DNA from: Chrysomallon squamiferum
Taxonomy: Eukaryota > Animalia > Mollusca
Length of the DNA: 64,000 nucleotides
Direction of reading: 5' to 3'
NCBI GenBank assembly: GCA_012295275.1
Contig: CM022665.1
Span: forward strand, 35,960,001 to 36,024,000
Below the pieces are notes generated by a model. The model did not search any database. It was not told where the DNA came from and saw only the letters and a list, made by a program, of their open reading frames with translations. Positions within the stretch are counted from its first letter, which is position 1, and every line of letters begins with the position of its first letter. Both the position numbers and the translations under genes were made by a program. Positions 40,151-54,883 of the stretch are shown here, in pieces.

Positions 40151-40830
40151 CTAGTGTTTTAACACTACAACAGCAACAGACATGTAGTCAATATCTGACA
40201 ACAATAAATATGGGTATCCCTAGTGTTTTAACACTACAACAGCAACAGACATGTAGTCAATATCTGACAACAATAAATATGGGTATCCCTAGTGTTTTAA
40301 CACTACAACAATAGCAGACATGCAGAGGATGTCTGACAACAATAAATATGAGTATCCCTAGTGTTTTAACACTACAACAGCAACAGACATGTAGTCAATA
40401 TCTGACAACAATAAATATGGGTATCCCTAGTGTTTTAACACTACAACAGCAACAGACATGTAGTCAATGTCTGACAACAATAAATATGGGTATCCCTAGT
40501 GTTTTAACACTACAACAGCAACAGACATGTAGTCAATGTCTGACAACAATAAATATGGGTATCCCTAGTGTTTTAACACTACAACAACAACAGACATGTA
40601 GTCGATGTCTGACAACAATAAATATGAGTATCCCTAGTATCTTACCACTACAACAACTGCAGATATGTAGTCAATGTCTGACAACAATAAATATGGTTAT
40701 CACTAGTGTTTTACCACTACAACAACAGCAGACATGTAGTCAATGTCTGATAACAATAAATATGGGTATCCTTAATGTTTTACCACTACAACAACAGCAC
40801 ACATTGTCTAACAATGTTCTGGGCATCACT
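40150..40830. repeat. 69-bp minisatellite, about 10 copies, with two palindromes per unit
   Basis: The unit CTAGTGTTTTAACACTACAACAGCAACAGACATGTAGTCAATGTCTGACAACAATAAATATGGGTATCC starts at 40151, 40220, 40289, 40358 and onward. Confidence 0.95.
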
Positions 40831-41784
40831 AGTGCAGAGTATCAGGTTGTTGTTCGCATCCACTCAATTTGGTTATCTGTCATGCATGCAAAATTGCATA
40901 AATTGCAAACATGATGGATTCTTGTTGAGAATTATTCATTTTCTTCAACAATTCTCCAAAGTGACAAACATTCTTTGAAAAGATCATTGAGAACTTGGCC
41001 CCAAATTAAAAGAAACCCAAGTTGAAGAATACATGCAAAACATATACTCTATCATAGAGTTGAGTCTATGACTTATATGAGTTTATTGTAATAACCCCGA
41101 ATGAGATATACGAAGCTTCATCTAATGAAATTCTATGTATCCAAACAAGCCATTGTGGAAGTGGGATTCTTCAACAAAGGCTGAAGTAAATGGCCTCCGA
41201 CACATCTGGGTAGACTTACGGAAGTTTACTTTGGATTCCTGAAAATTTAACTTGATAATAGTATGGATACTGGAAAGGTTCTGTATTAGATGCCTATTCC
41301 ATCAGCATTTAAGAGCAGACTTTTGAGACAGAAGAATTGTTGCAAGTGATGAGAGAGCTTCTGAAGTTTCTTACTGTACAGAGGCAGAGAGCTCTTTTGC
41401 CTGCCTCAGACAAATACACACATGGCTTCATACTACCATGACAACAGATAGACTAGCTGATCTGGCTGTTATCGCAATGCATGGTATTTCTAGTACAGTG
41501 AGCACAAAGCAGATTTTTACAGTTTTGTGCCTTTGCACCATGTCACATGCAGTCCTTACTGCCTGACTAATTAATGAAACTTCTGCACTTACTGTTCTCA
41601 TTTATTCTTCTTTTATTACTTTTGCCAGATAAATCACGTTCACAAACTGACCAATGTTTTACAGTGATTAAACTGAATATTCCCTATGTTTGGCTAGAAA
41701 TTCTGAAACCTAGTGAGTTTCTCTTATATCAAGTATTTTATTACTTTGATCAAGGGGATTTATAATCTTTATGATTAAAAAATA

Positions 41785-41985
41785 TTCTCCAAATTTGCTA
41801 CACAAACATGAAGATATCTGAATTATTCTACAAATCTGCCATACACACGAAGATATCAGAATTGTTATGTAAACATGCCAGACAAATATTAAGATATCTG
41901 AATATTCTACAAATGTGCCACACAAAAATGAAGATGACTTCATTTATTCTAGAAATCTGCCATGTAAACATGAAGTTTCTGAATG
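41785..41985. repeat. Diverged ~40-bp tandem repeat, about 5 copies
   Basis: Units resemble AAGATATCTGAAT(T)ATTCTACAAAT(C/G)TGCCA.ACA. Confidence 0.7.
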
Positions 41986-43216
41986 GTTAAATTCTTAAAA
42001 AAATATTTGTTATTATTATTTCAATTCTTTTTTTTCCACGAGCTAGTCTTAAAATTTAACAGCAAATAATATTTTTATTCCTGTAAACAATGTCACATAT
42101 TCTTATATAAAGCTGATATGGTAGAGTGTATTGGCCCAATGAAAAACAAAACTTGTTGCATAAAAAGGGATATTCAACCTGTCACATTTCATGTTGTACT
42201 CGAACCAGTAAACATGTCTAAAAGCAAATAGTTAACTAATAATAAACACAACCCTGTTGTAATTCAGTGTATAGTACATGTTAAAACTGACCATTTATCA
42301 GCAAATATAATAACTGAAAAACATATGAGGATCTTTACAAGAAAAACATTCCTGAAGATTTAGGTCAGTCAGATAAAAATGATATGGGAATTAAATACAA
42401 ATTATTCCTATGCAAGACCCCTAAAAAATATTAAACTTGTAATAGAGGTTCCTAAATGTCAAATAACCGACAAGCCAGGGTATCATCAAGGGCAAGGAAC
42501 TCTTAGATCAGTGTGCATTCTGACACACTAACTTATCAGAAAAACAGTGTGAGCATACACAAAGAACAGACAGGTGATATATAGTTAAAATTAAAAGGGA
42601 GAATATTTGTTTTAAATAAATAAAAAAAAAATAATAATATCCATTTGTGTTTTTGCGATTAAAACAATATTTATGACAAATACGTGAACTTTTAATACTG
42701 TAATTAACAAATGTTACATGTAACACAATTGCTATGAAGTCCATTATTTTAAAACTACTTTAATATTAATTCTCTATTTATGTTTCTGTAAATTGGGAGG
42801 TGTTATTATTAATATACCACTATACTTACTACATTTGTTATATATGTAGTCCAGGAAATAAATACAACGCTTGTCTGAAATTAATAGTTTAACTGATCTG
42901 CTAGGATATTTTACTGTAATCAGAACAGCAAAAATCATGACCTTTGATTAATGTGGAACTGAACAGTTGTATTTGAGTAAAACAAACAGCGGTGTTTAAA
43001 AAAGCACTAACTGTTTAAAAGAGAACTTGTGCAGATTCACAAATTAACTTTTAGTAACTTGTAAGCTGTACATTAACTGACAGTCTTCCTTTATATCAAT
43101 AATTATTATTATATTGTAGTAAAATTAAGCAAAACCCACCTGAAAAAATATTCTTCAGGCTGGTGGATGGGTGAAAAAATTTAACTTGATGTATGATAAA
43201 CTGAATACATTGTCAA

Positions 43217-43254
<38 letters not shown>

Positions 43255-43494
43255 GGATAAAATAGGAAAAATATTTTTAGGATTTCCAGAGATTAAAAAC
43301 CATGAATAGAATTAAAAACATGATTCCACATATTCACCTATGGAAATTCAAGTGGGATTCTGAGGTCTCAGAAGAATAGTAAACAAAAAGTAAAGCTGCT
43401 ACATCATTACTAATATTATACAACAAATTACTGGTCTAATAAAAATATATGTTCACTTATAGAGACCATACAGAAATGTATCAGTTAATCTCAA

Positions 43495-44677
43495 ATCATT
43501 GCAGTTTTGATAATGTCTTTTTTCTTCCACATTTCATTCCTGCATTCTCTGTCGAAATGCATTCTTTTTTGTTGATGGCTTTCAAATGACTGTCTTCAAT
43601 CCACAAAATAACTAGCAAAAGAAAAATATTCTTGTTACTAAGTTTAACTTATTATTAAGAAATCACAACAAATAATTATAAGTAGAAATTAAATAAAAGC
43701 AGTTTTTGATGTTCTTTAAAATGAAATAGAAGCAGAACAAGAAATGTTTAAAAAATATTTTAATCACATGGTACAAATCCTTGTTTAAATATTACTGACT
43801 TTATTCAATTACCCAGTAATTATTAATTTTAATTTATTTTATAATAATGTTAACCATATTATCATAGTTCAGCTTGAAAAAAAAATGTTGGATTTTAATA
43901 TAATAAAAAAGAGAAATCATATGTTGTTACGTGACTTACTCACGACAGACTGTACAGTGTTAAACCTGCATTTCCAGAAGTTTTTATCAGTCATTTTTTC
44001 ATTTTGCAGCTCAGAAGCTAAAAACATAAGTAAAAAAATTAGTGATAAAATGTCCATTTGAAGTAAATAAATACAGCTTGAAATGTTTTCAGCTATACAA
44101 GTAAAGTTTAAATCAAAGTTATGCTGCACACCACAAAATGCCAAAACTAGATTATAATTACACTATAAAAATCTTTAGGGCGATCAACTGATATTTTAGG
44201 ATACAGTATCATTCACTAGTCAATTTTTCAAAACTCAGTAATTACTTTGTTTAAACTAAAATTAAGAAAAACTGAAGATAAAATATCAAAATAAAAAATG
44301 GCCAATTACTTGAAATTGAGACAATATTTCCAAATCAAAAACTGCTGTCCATCTTGTAATATTGAAAAAATAATAACATTGATACTGAAAAGGGAAAAGA
44401 TCTAAAGTAATAATATAATATGCCAATCTTCCTGAATTATAAAGAATTAAATATATTTTTTAGGAATTCCTATGGACAAACAAAATTAAAAAGTATGATT
44501 ATTAGCAAAGCACAACATTTAATTAATTGTAATTAATGGCAAAGTGTACTTACCTACAGTTATGAATGTTTTCATATTTTTCATCTTAAATAAAAAAAAA
44601 ATAAAAATAAAAATTTAATGTATTTTTTATTAAAATTGACTACCTGGTAAAACTGTCTTATCAGTTCAACTGTCATT
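43495..44677 (-). other. Putative small spliced exons downstream of HSPA14 (non-coding or small ORF)
   Basis: ttttcag|44677-44644|gtagtc; tttttag|44017-43940|gtaagt; ttttgctag|43611 onward. No recognisable protein. Confidence 0.3.
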
Positions 44678-46506
44678 CTGAAAATGAACGATGTCACAAG
44701 GTGACAAACAACTCTCAGGCCAAGCCAATGTTCAGGTCTCTATGGAGATTTAATTAAGCAGCTTCGCTAATTACATTTCAAGCTATAGCAAATAGAGGCC
44801 CATTGTCTTAACCTTTACTACCATCCAATCAAAAGTTCTAAACAGCGATATCAGTTCACCTATCCCTAAACTGATTATTATAAAAAGTTCAGCCAAAGTG
44901 AAAAACATTTTTTATTTATTTATTTATTTATTGTGTCTGTTGGCTAGGTGAGGGTGCACACCATATAATAATAATAATAATAATAGTAGTAGTAGTAGTA
45001 ACAACACAAATAACAAAACAAAAATTTAATAAAAATAGGAAAGAAAAATATTTTCCTATAACAAACTCATGTGTATTTATTTAAAAATATGTTCTAAAAT
45101 AAGTGGCTTACTGTTTTGACAGCTGATACAAAATGGATTACTTGATTTACAATTTTCTATCAGTGATTTCCCATCACACCCAGTGTTCCATCTGTGGTTT
45201 ACCAAAGCCACCACTTTCCACTTTCCTAATTCATACATACAAAATATCTCTGCTAAATAAATGAAAAAGAACAGCTTGTCATCATATTTAGAAGGGCGCA
45301 AAAAAAAAGAAGAAATAAAATTTGTTGGTTTAAAAACTTAAAATGTTCACTCAACCATTGTCAATACACCAAAGCAAAATGATATGCAGTGATTGTGTGT
45401 ATGTATTCATAGTCATTCTCTTCTATACCTTTACAGTGACAACATCCAAGTGTAAACAATTTCCAATTATTAAAAAGGTGTCCACAAAGGTGTTCAAAAT
45501 GTATATAAGAAATACATTTCGGAAGGTACACTTTATTTCTATAATTATATTTTTATCCCAAGTGTGCTTGATTTTTAGAAGTAAACCTGTTTTAATTAGA
45601 TTTGGACATTATTAGATTTGAAATATTATTAAACATTTTACATTTTAAAAACCAAATACATGATGCAAGTAATAATAATTATAAAATGCTTTATATCCAA
45701 ATAAGCTATTTCAGTTTAAAACCAGGAAATACAGTTAAGTTTTGTAGTACTACTTCAGTAATTAATAATAATAATAATAGTAATAATTACTACCAAAGAC
45801 AAAATTAAAAATGAAGCTACACAAGGAAAGCTATAAAATGTAAGTATATGTAAATAATAATAAAACAGTGATGATAAAAGAGAGAAAAAATAAAACAAAA
45901 AAGAATGTTACTGACATTCATTGTTTTTCTTTTTTACACTGAGATATTTAAGTTTTTAGCTGTTTTCAAGTATTCAAAGCAAGAAAAACAATACATGTTT
46001 CTGAACAAATATATTTTATTGAAACATTAGTTAATTAATTCCAGAATGAAAAAAATAAATTGTAACAACATGTGTAAAAACATGGTACAAATTTTGTTAA
46101 TGAAAAATACATGTCCACTAAAACAAATAATAATTTTATAAAAGTTACCAATACTCTAAATATTTTTGCTGCCTTAATAAAAATTAAACAGATGTAGTCA
46201 AGTATGGCTTCTTAATGGTTTTAATAATAAAAATAATGATGTTGGGATAATAAATAAACAAAAACATTTATAATACTTTATTCTTTTTAATTTTATAATT
46301 TTAATACACATTTTATTTTTATTACTGAAAGTTAACTAAAATATTCCTTGAACAACAATTTCAATCTAACACAACATTTTTTTTTTTTGCTGCAGTGGTT
46401 TTTAATTTTTCCAAATTAGATGGTAAATAAATGATAAACTTTGTGACCTAGAATTTACTTTTTGTTTTTCTTCTTAAATGTGGTAAATTCCTATTTCAAA
46501 TTATTG

Positions 46507-49500
46507 TCAGCTGATGCCAATGGTGACACTTTCTTCTTTGTTAGATGACAGTTCCTGGCAGGTGACATGTAAGTTACATTCTCTGAAATATCAGAATTAA
46601 AAAAGTTATCCAATGTTTCGTTTTGTTTTATTCAACATAAAATATCAGTTCCTGTTATATTCTTAAGGCAAAATAGTTAGACACACACAGCTATATTTTA
46701 CTGATAACAGAACACTGTGTTTAAATTAACCTTAATTACAAAGTTATTAAAAGTATACAGCAAGTTTTCTTTTTAAAAATGATTAATTATTTATCAAAAT
46801 AATGTGTGTGCTGAATACTTAGGTATTAAAATATTTTTAAAAGATAAACTGCATTTGGTGTTTTCTTAGACCAAAGGAAATAAATTTTCAAAATCTCAAA
46901 TTGAGAAACTGGTCAATGCTTCCTTATTCAGGTAAAGGGTTATTATACCTAGATTTAAAAAAATAATCATAAAAGAACAAAAATAATCTACATTTAATTA
47001 GAAATTTAAATTTCATTATTTTTTTAATGATCTATAGATTTGACATATTTTACCTTCTAAGATGAAAGGTTGTTTGAACACTGCTTGGTGTTGGTAAATC
47101 ACGCATCACAATCTGAAACAAAACAAAACAAATAAAGTATTAGGTCACACAAAATGAAAACAAGTATTAATTTTATTATCTGATTTATAATAATAACAAC
47201 AACAATAATAAAAAAAACACAAAAACAAACATACCTTTGCTAACAAAGTTGCTGTTTCTAAAGAAGGTGGATCTTCTGCTTCATAAACCTCTAAGCAGAA
47301 AGCATTCTGATCATCAGCTAAAGTGTATGTGTGTTGTTTACGTGATGGAATTAAACTATGCTTGGGAACAGCAAGGGATAATTCCATGTTTGAATCACTA
47401 GTAATCTTTAAATAAATAAATAAATAAAAGTAAAGTAATGCTACACTGAAAATAATCAAACATAATGAAGAGAGAAGAAATCCATTGCTGAAAGTCAATA
47501 CTGTATATTGATTTTATTAAATTATTTATAAATGGCAAACACAAAGAGGACACACACACACAAACAAAATATGAATTATTGATTAAAACATTATTTCTGA
47601 TATATTAAAATAGATTTAATTCCATTTATGATATACAATTTATTATTCACAGTGTTTTCATACATATCAGCAATCTAAACAGGATGCTATATACAATACC
47701 TTGACATAAATAGCTTTAGACAGACATTTAACTTCCAGATAATTTTCATGCTCTTGAAGATCCTGAATATCTTTGCCAACTAATATAGCAGCCTAAAATT
47801 GCAAAGACCAAAAGAAAAACAGTAATAAAAATAATAATAAAAATAAAAATAAAAATAAAAATAATGAAAATAAACTGAAAGTATATACATACATACATAC
47901 ACACACACATAAAACGACTGTTACAGATTGAAAAAACCTACTCCCAACAAAAACCAGATGCAAATAGCAAATACTTAACAAACCAGAGAAAAATCTAGGG
48001 ATGAATTCTAAAGTGCATGTTAAAGTATTTTTTATTCATGAATGACACATAATATTAAACAAATTTCTTTTGAACTGATGGATCATAAATCTAGCCTAAC
48101 TGACATATATTTAAACAAACCTCTTTTGCAGCACCAATTGCTATCACCTCATCAGCTGGTATAGTTTTCAGTAGTTCTCCTCCTGGCAGGAAATCTGATA
48201 TTGCTTTCTGTAGGATTGGAACCTTGCTGCCTCCTCCACACAGTATTACCTTTAGTAACACAAATATATAACATTCACTTAATATGTTTATAATGATGTA
48301 AATAGGGCAACCAGTTTTAACTGATTTAAGCAGAAATTTTATAAACTAGAATCATTTAAGATACAATTATCAAAAACATTACTGATAATGTTTTCTGTTC
48401 ATTTGTATCAATTTCAACAAACAAAAAATAAGATAAAACTCCTTTTCTATATTTTAAATGCAGCTCATGGGTTTTCATAGCATGTAATTCATGTTTAATA
48501 TGTTTTCCTTGTGTAGAAACTTTATAAATGTTCAATTTTTCTAATTACTTTTTCAGCAATAGGACTGGTGCTCAGTGTATGAAATTTTCTACTGTATTAT
48601 TTTTTTCATTACTTAATTTCAAATACTAATTATTTTGTGATAATAGCCACTGGTTAATGAATTTGAAAGTCCAATTGTCCAAACATCTTTAACAAACTGT
48701 TATTGAATATCATCTTGTATGCAAATGCCTTTTAAAATACAAACCTTATTAACTTCATCTTTCTGAATGCCTGTTTCACTGAGACATTGTTCCATGATCT
48801 GAATGTTTTTCTGTAGAAGACCACTGCAGAGACTTTCAAATCTAGCTCTTTAAATAAAAATTAAAAATATATATATATTGTAGAATTAAAAGTTTCAATT
48901 AGGTGTGAATTCATAATCATATTTCATTTATAATTCACTTTATCTTTCAACATATGCCAACTTATGACAATTTGTTTTGGTTTAATACTGACAACTAAAA
49001 GTGAAAACTTAACACAGTAAAAACAGAAAACATTACATCAGCCATTTTAAAATGTGTTAACATTGTAATGTACGAAGTATAAATTTATTCACTTTTTCAT
49101 GCAATATCTGGGTACAAAAAGCTACATGTTACATGGTATAAAATATGGAGTATCAAAGAACCTGGACACTGTCAGATGGAAGTCAATGCCTTCATGTAGA
49201 GAGTCAATGGCACACTGAGCATTGCCAAGATTAGAAAGTGTGTGTTTACACACCTCTGCTCCCAACCACAGCTTTATCATAGCACGTTTGTTCTCTCTTA
49301 CATCACACCGGAACTGTCTGCAAAAATAACAAAACTACTTACTCAGTATGATGTTTCTTCTGTCATTAGTTAACAGACAATTGTTTTAATTTTTTTTTTA
49401 AACAACAATTTGCATGTTGTGCAAAACAGAGAATGAGAAATTGCAAAATCAAAATAACCAAAACAGTTACTATGTATGGAAATATGCGTTTAGGTATCTT

Positions 49501-52500
49501 AGAATAATAGTAGTTTTAAGTTGGTATTGTTGTTATTGTTGTTTTTTTTTTTTTTTTTATGTGCATACTGTAAAAAATTACCAAAACAGTTTACTAAGTG
49601 TGGAAAGATATTTTTAGACCTGGAAAATGGGAAACTGCCCATATAAACTGGTTGAACAGACCTAATACAAATATCTTCACTATCTTAGATTGTAATATTA
49701 TTTAACAATTATTAACAACAAAATTTAATTAGTTATGAAATAATTAAATATTATGATTTGCTTCATTAATCTCCAACATTTATTACAGAAACTGCTACTA
49801 TAACTGTTTTAATATTTTGTATTAAAATAGCAACAAACACAATTTTATTTTAATAAGGAGGAAATTACCTTTTAAATTCTGTAACCAGATAGTCACAAAG
49901 AACTTGTGTGTATTCATCAGCTCCAAAATCTGTGTCAGTGTAAGAAGCACAAACCCGATACAGTCCATTTTCAACTTTAATAACAGTTGCCTCTGTTGAT
50001 GTTCCTCCAAACCGATATACTAGAACAATGCTAAATATAGCATTAACATTAATTCAGCGAATAAAAAATGAAATAAACTGAGGGGAAATTTTAAAATTCA
50101 TACAATAGATTTGTGTAAATTTATGGCAGCTTCTCTAGACATAAACTTTTGAAGCTGATTTATACAAAAAATTTATAAATAATTATTAAGATTCATTGGT
50201 GAAGCCAAAAGAAATAAAAAAATGTATTAAAAATTTGACAGTTTAGTATTTAGTGACAGCTGGGAATAAAATGAAACAATTAAAAACATTTTAATGGGTT
50301 TATTTATTAAACATTAGAGATATCTTCTTAATTTGATTATAAAACACATTAACATCAGGTATAAGTGTCAAGACCAAATATTCATAATTTTATGGAAGTG
50401 AACAGAGAAAAGGAAAAAGTTCATTTTGTATTATTTTAACTGAGAGCTAAAAACATAAACAAATATTAATGTCATATTAAATTTATTATTAAGTACATCA
50501 ATCCAATATTTTAAGCAACCACCACCAATAGTCAGAAACAGCTGTATCAAATCCAATATTTAATTTATTTATTGGTACAAAAGTACAAAACACTTTCCAA
50601 CTGTACACTAAATATCAGACATTCTACTGGTCCACAGGCCATTATATTTTTATTATGATACAGGGTACAATTTTAATGATGCCCTATCTGCAACATTCAT
50701 GGAAAAGCCAAATATTTATGCCAGGCAAGTGTCTGCTTGTCTATATTATATAACTTAATATCAGAGTTATTTTCAAAAGTTAAGTTACTCCAAGATCATC
50801 AGATGTGGATAAATTTTATCTTGAAAGACATTAAAGTGAAGTAAAAAAAAAAAAAAAAAAAAAAATTTATAACACATTTTGATTTGATAGTGAAAGACAC
50901 TATTTATTTTTTATTATAAGGTTTACAATTTGTTTAAGTTGGACTGATGAAAAAAACAAACACAACAGCAAAAAAAAACAAATACTGAAGTGCAAATACA
51001 CTAATTATATTCTGTCCTACCTATTTTCTTCATGGTGTAACTGACCAAGATCATAAGCCAGGACAGCTGCTGCTGCTTCACTCACAACTCTTAAAATGTT
51101 GAATCCTGCCTTTTCTGCGGCAATACTGGAAAACAGTTTTATTGGTAATTTTAAAATTGAAAAACACTGACAGAAAATCTTCATTTACAAAAAAAAATTG
51201 TTTCTATCTTATTCACTGCAATTTTTCAGTAAAAAAACAACAAAAAACCCCACAAATTTAAAAAAAATGTTCTTAAGAAAATATATTTTTCTCAATTTTA
51301 TACACTTCAAGCATTTAACATATAGATACTGCTGAAATCTGATTTTAGAGATTACTATTTCCAAACCACAAACACTGTATGGGTTGTTGACTTGGGAATA
51401 AGGTTAGGATGTAGTTCGGTTCACCAGCTATTCAAACAAAGCAATATGCTTTTCAGTTTCTATTTATCAAAATCATTAACAAGTTCTTTAGGATTATCCA
51501 GTTACCTCAGATGGCAAATTTGATAGACATGTGACAATTTTCAACACGTGCCATTTTATCTGGTCCTCACCAAAAAACTTTTTGTAATTCATTTCCTTCA
51601 TTTGATATTTTATCTTTATTTTTATACACAAGAAAAGGTTTTATGAAAACACTTGCAATTATTCACTAGAATAAACTGCAATGTAGGCTAAAATCCACAA
51701 CACAACAAATCACAAATCACCTCCCTTGAAGTAGCTAAAACAAGTTTATCAAACAAAAAATACATTCTGTTATTTTCAGGGTACATTTCATAATGCATGT
51801 TTGTTGTTCAGTTTCCTCTATATCTGATTGCCATTCACTTGCTTAGTAGATCACTATCAAAGTTAATTTTTTCATTTGTATTGAGAAAGTTAAATTGAGG
51901 GTATAAGGTTTACATCAGCTTTATAATTAGAAAATTGATGCTACATCAGTTGTTGTCTTTTAATGCACTCAGTGATTTCCCTGTGACTCCATCAGAAAAC
52001 TTTCCATGGCCATCAGAAAGTAAAGAAATTATTCTTTTCATGAAAAGAAAGATAATTATATATATATTCCTCTAATAGTTTTATGTAATATGTTTAGGGA
52101 AGTTTTATGTTAAAATTTGAAATAAGATATCAGGTAACAAATATTAATTCAAAGTAGAAAGCTAATATATAATACCTAATAGCATTTCTTTGTTCAGGTG
52201 TGAAACTGACAGGCACAGTGAGTACAGCATCTTGTATGCCTCTTCCTCCATGACTCTGAGCAGTTTCTGCAAAAATCCATTTGATTGTCATTAAACATTG
52301 TAAAAGATTAAATATAAAAGTGATGGAGTAAAACTGTACTTCCTTTTGAAACAGACATTACAGTATGTTGATAAGTATCAAACTATATATTCATATGTAC
52401 ACAAAATTATTTTTATTTATTTTGACTACAATATATAATCAAATAAAATGAAAAAATGTACTCAGTAATTATGGTGTAATTAATAAAACTGTGTTTAAAA

Positions 52501-53872
52501 TTACAAAAATAATAATAATAATAATAAAATCACAAATCAACTGCTAACTTCTAAGATACCAAAACTTAATATAATTTTTTTTTTTTTCAACTTCAAATAC
52601 AAATTGTAAATTATCAGTTGGTAATTATTTTATAAAGTAAAATATAAAAACAGAAATAAAAAAGATATCTCACCTAACATTTTTCTGTAAATTGCTTCTG
52701 CAACAGAGGTTAGAGACACCTGTTTGGTTTTTCCCAGGTGACTAACTTCATATACTGGCAGCCCATCTTTTTGAACAATCTGTTAATAAAAACAATTTTG
52801 GTTTACTATGGTATTACAAATATAATCTGCTGTCAATCAGATTATTTTTGAATTTAAAAAAAAAAAAAAAATGTATAAAACAGCTTCATAATGTCTAATG
52901 TGCATACATGCATTTAAATGGTTTAAGCAGCTGCATACTCATACCAACTAATACAATTAAACAGTCTATAAATACCACAACAAATAAGAAATGTATACAA
53001 ACTACTGAAACAAAACGAGTGTTCTTAATAATTAGTCCAAAAATTAATGAAAGATTAGAATAATTTACAGTTAATGAATTTCTGCTTATTTGCATATTAA
53101 CTGCTACTAGTCTGAATCAAAATATTATCATTGTGCAACACAAAGGGAAATAATGCAATAAATGCATCCAGATGGATTGACTTTGTAATCTATCCACCCA
53201 AATGCTTTAACAAAATATCCTAAAACAAATATATTTCAGGTAGTGAATTCTGTGAAAATCTATAGATGAAAACAAATAAAGATAGCCATTATTGGACGTT
53301 TTCAGTAAATAACTACTTGAAGGTGTAACCTTTTGTTAAATATTCAAATCTACAATCCTTGATGTTTAACCCTTTTTTAAATTAACTGAAGCAGGAAAAG
53401 CAAAGAAGAGTAAACACATGATATAGTGTGGCAGGTAATGTGACCTAACTGTATAATAATGCAACCTTCTAACATCAGAGATCTTGAGTTACTATGACAA
53501 CACTGTAACATAAACCAGTACCAGAAAACTGGGATACAGAGTTAAGTTAAATAAAAAATTAAATTTGCTACTAATTTATTTTTATGTAAACTGCAAATTA
53601 TGACAGTTTTGAATATTGTTTAGCTGTTGAATTATAATTTGTTATAAAGTTCATCTACGGTAAATGGAAAAGATTGGAAAAAAAAAAAAAAAAAATACAG
53701 GTTTCCTAAAATAAAAATGGAATGTTCCAGAACAGTTAAAACAAAAACAATAGGTTCTTTCTTAATTTCAGGTTTGATAGAAAAAGCTGAATTTTAAACA
53801 ATATTTGCTAAACATGTTGAAATAGTATCAGAACATCTGAATAATCAAAACAAATCTGATAATATCAAAACA

Positions 53873-53909
<37 letters not shown>

Positions 53910-54844
53910 TTGACAACTTAAACAGGGCAATATTCTGAAATATACCTCAACCAATCCATCCTTTGGAATGAAATAGACTTTACTGGGTTGTCATGACAAC
54001 ATATCGGAGACTATAAAACTGAAATTTTCTTCCATGTAAAAGTTTCTGTATGATGGAGACACCAGAAATGCCTGAGGGCAATGCTGCTGTTCCTTCAAAC
54101 AGATCAGCAACAATAAATCCTGTTGATACTGAAAGTGAGTTTGAGACTGACGACGATTTTCTTGCTTCCAAAGGCTACCTGATGGGGGAGTACATGGGCA
54201 AGGGTCAGTATAGCAAACTCTACAAATGTAGCAATGCAAATGAAACAAAAGAAACAAGTAAAATTGTGGTAAAAATCATCACAAAGCCTACAAATGATGC
54301 TAGCTTTTGGGATGTGTTTTTACCAAGAGATACTGCTGCAAGAGAAATTCTAAAACAGGATCATATCATAACTATGCTCAGTCAGTTTGAAACAAGTAAG
54401 AAACTATATTATGTCATGAAAATTCAGTCATTTCATGAACATCTCATCATATACCTTGGCATCTGGCCAACTTTGTTTCATTCAATTAGTTCACTTCATG
54501 CAAACAGTGTTGATAATGAAAATATGGATACATGAAACTTGCTGTGTTTCTAAAATTTATAACCTCTTCCTTTGCAAGCATCAATGCAAAATTAAAAAAA
54601 ATTTAAAACAAGGAAAATTAAAAAAAACAAACAAATAAATTAATAATTATAAATTAAAAAAAATATATATATTTTTTGAAAATCATAATTATATGAAATG
54701 AGAAAGTAGAAATGTATGAAACAATTTTCTTGAGTGTGACCTTTGACCTTGATACTGTTCTGGAAGAGTACATCATTCTTAAGGGTGGCAATTAATAAAT
54801 AAATATTATTACCTAATTTTTTTTAAATAAAACTAAAAATTTCT

Positions 54845-54883
<39 letters not shown>

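Noticed and set aside
40348-40914. 188-aa ORF with a 23-aa Gln/Cys repeat
   Set aside because: It is open because the 69-bp unit is a multiple of 3. An upstream unit has an in-frame TAG, and there is no splice or homology support.
50761-50802. TGATGA...CTGA pair on the minus strand in HSPA14 intron 6 (possible C/D snoRNA)
   Set aside because: The span is only about 40 nt, too short, and I recognise no rRNA antisense element.
54533-54535. TGA in the kinase relic read as selenocysteine or readthrough
   Set aside because: A TAA follows six codons later, the C-lobe is absent and no SECIS is evident.
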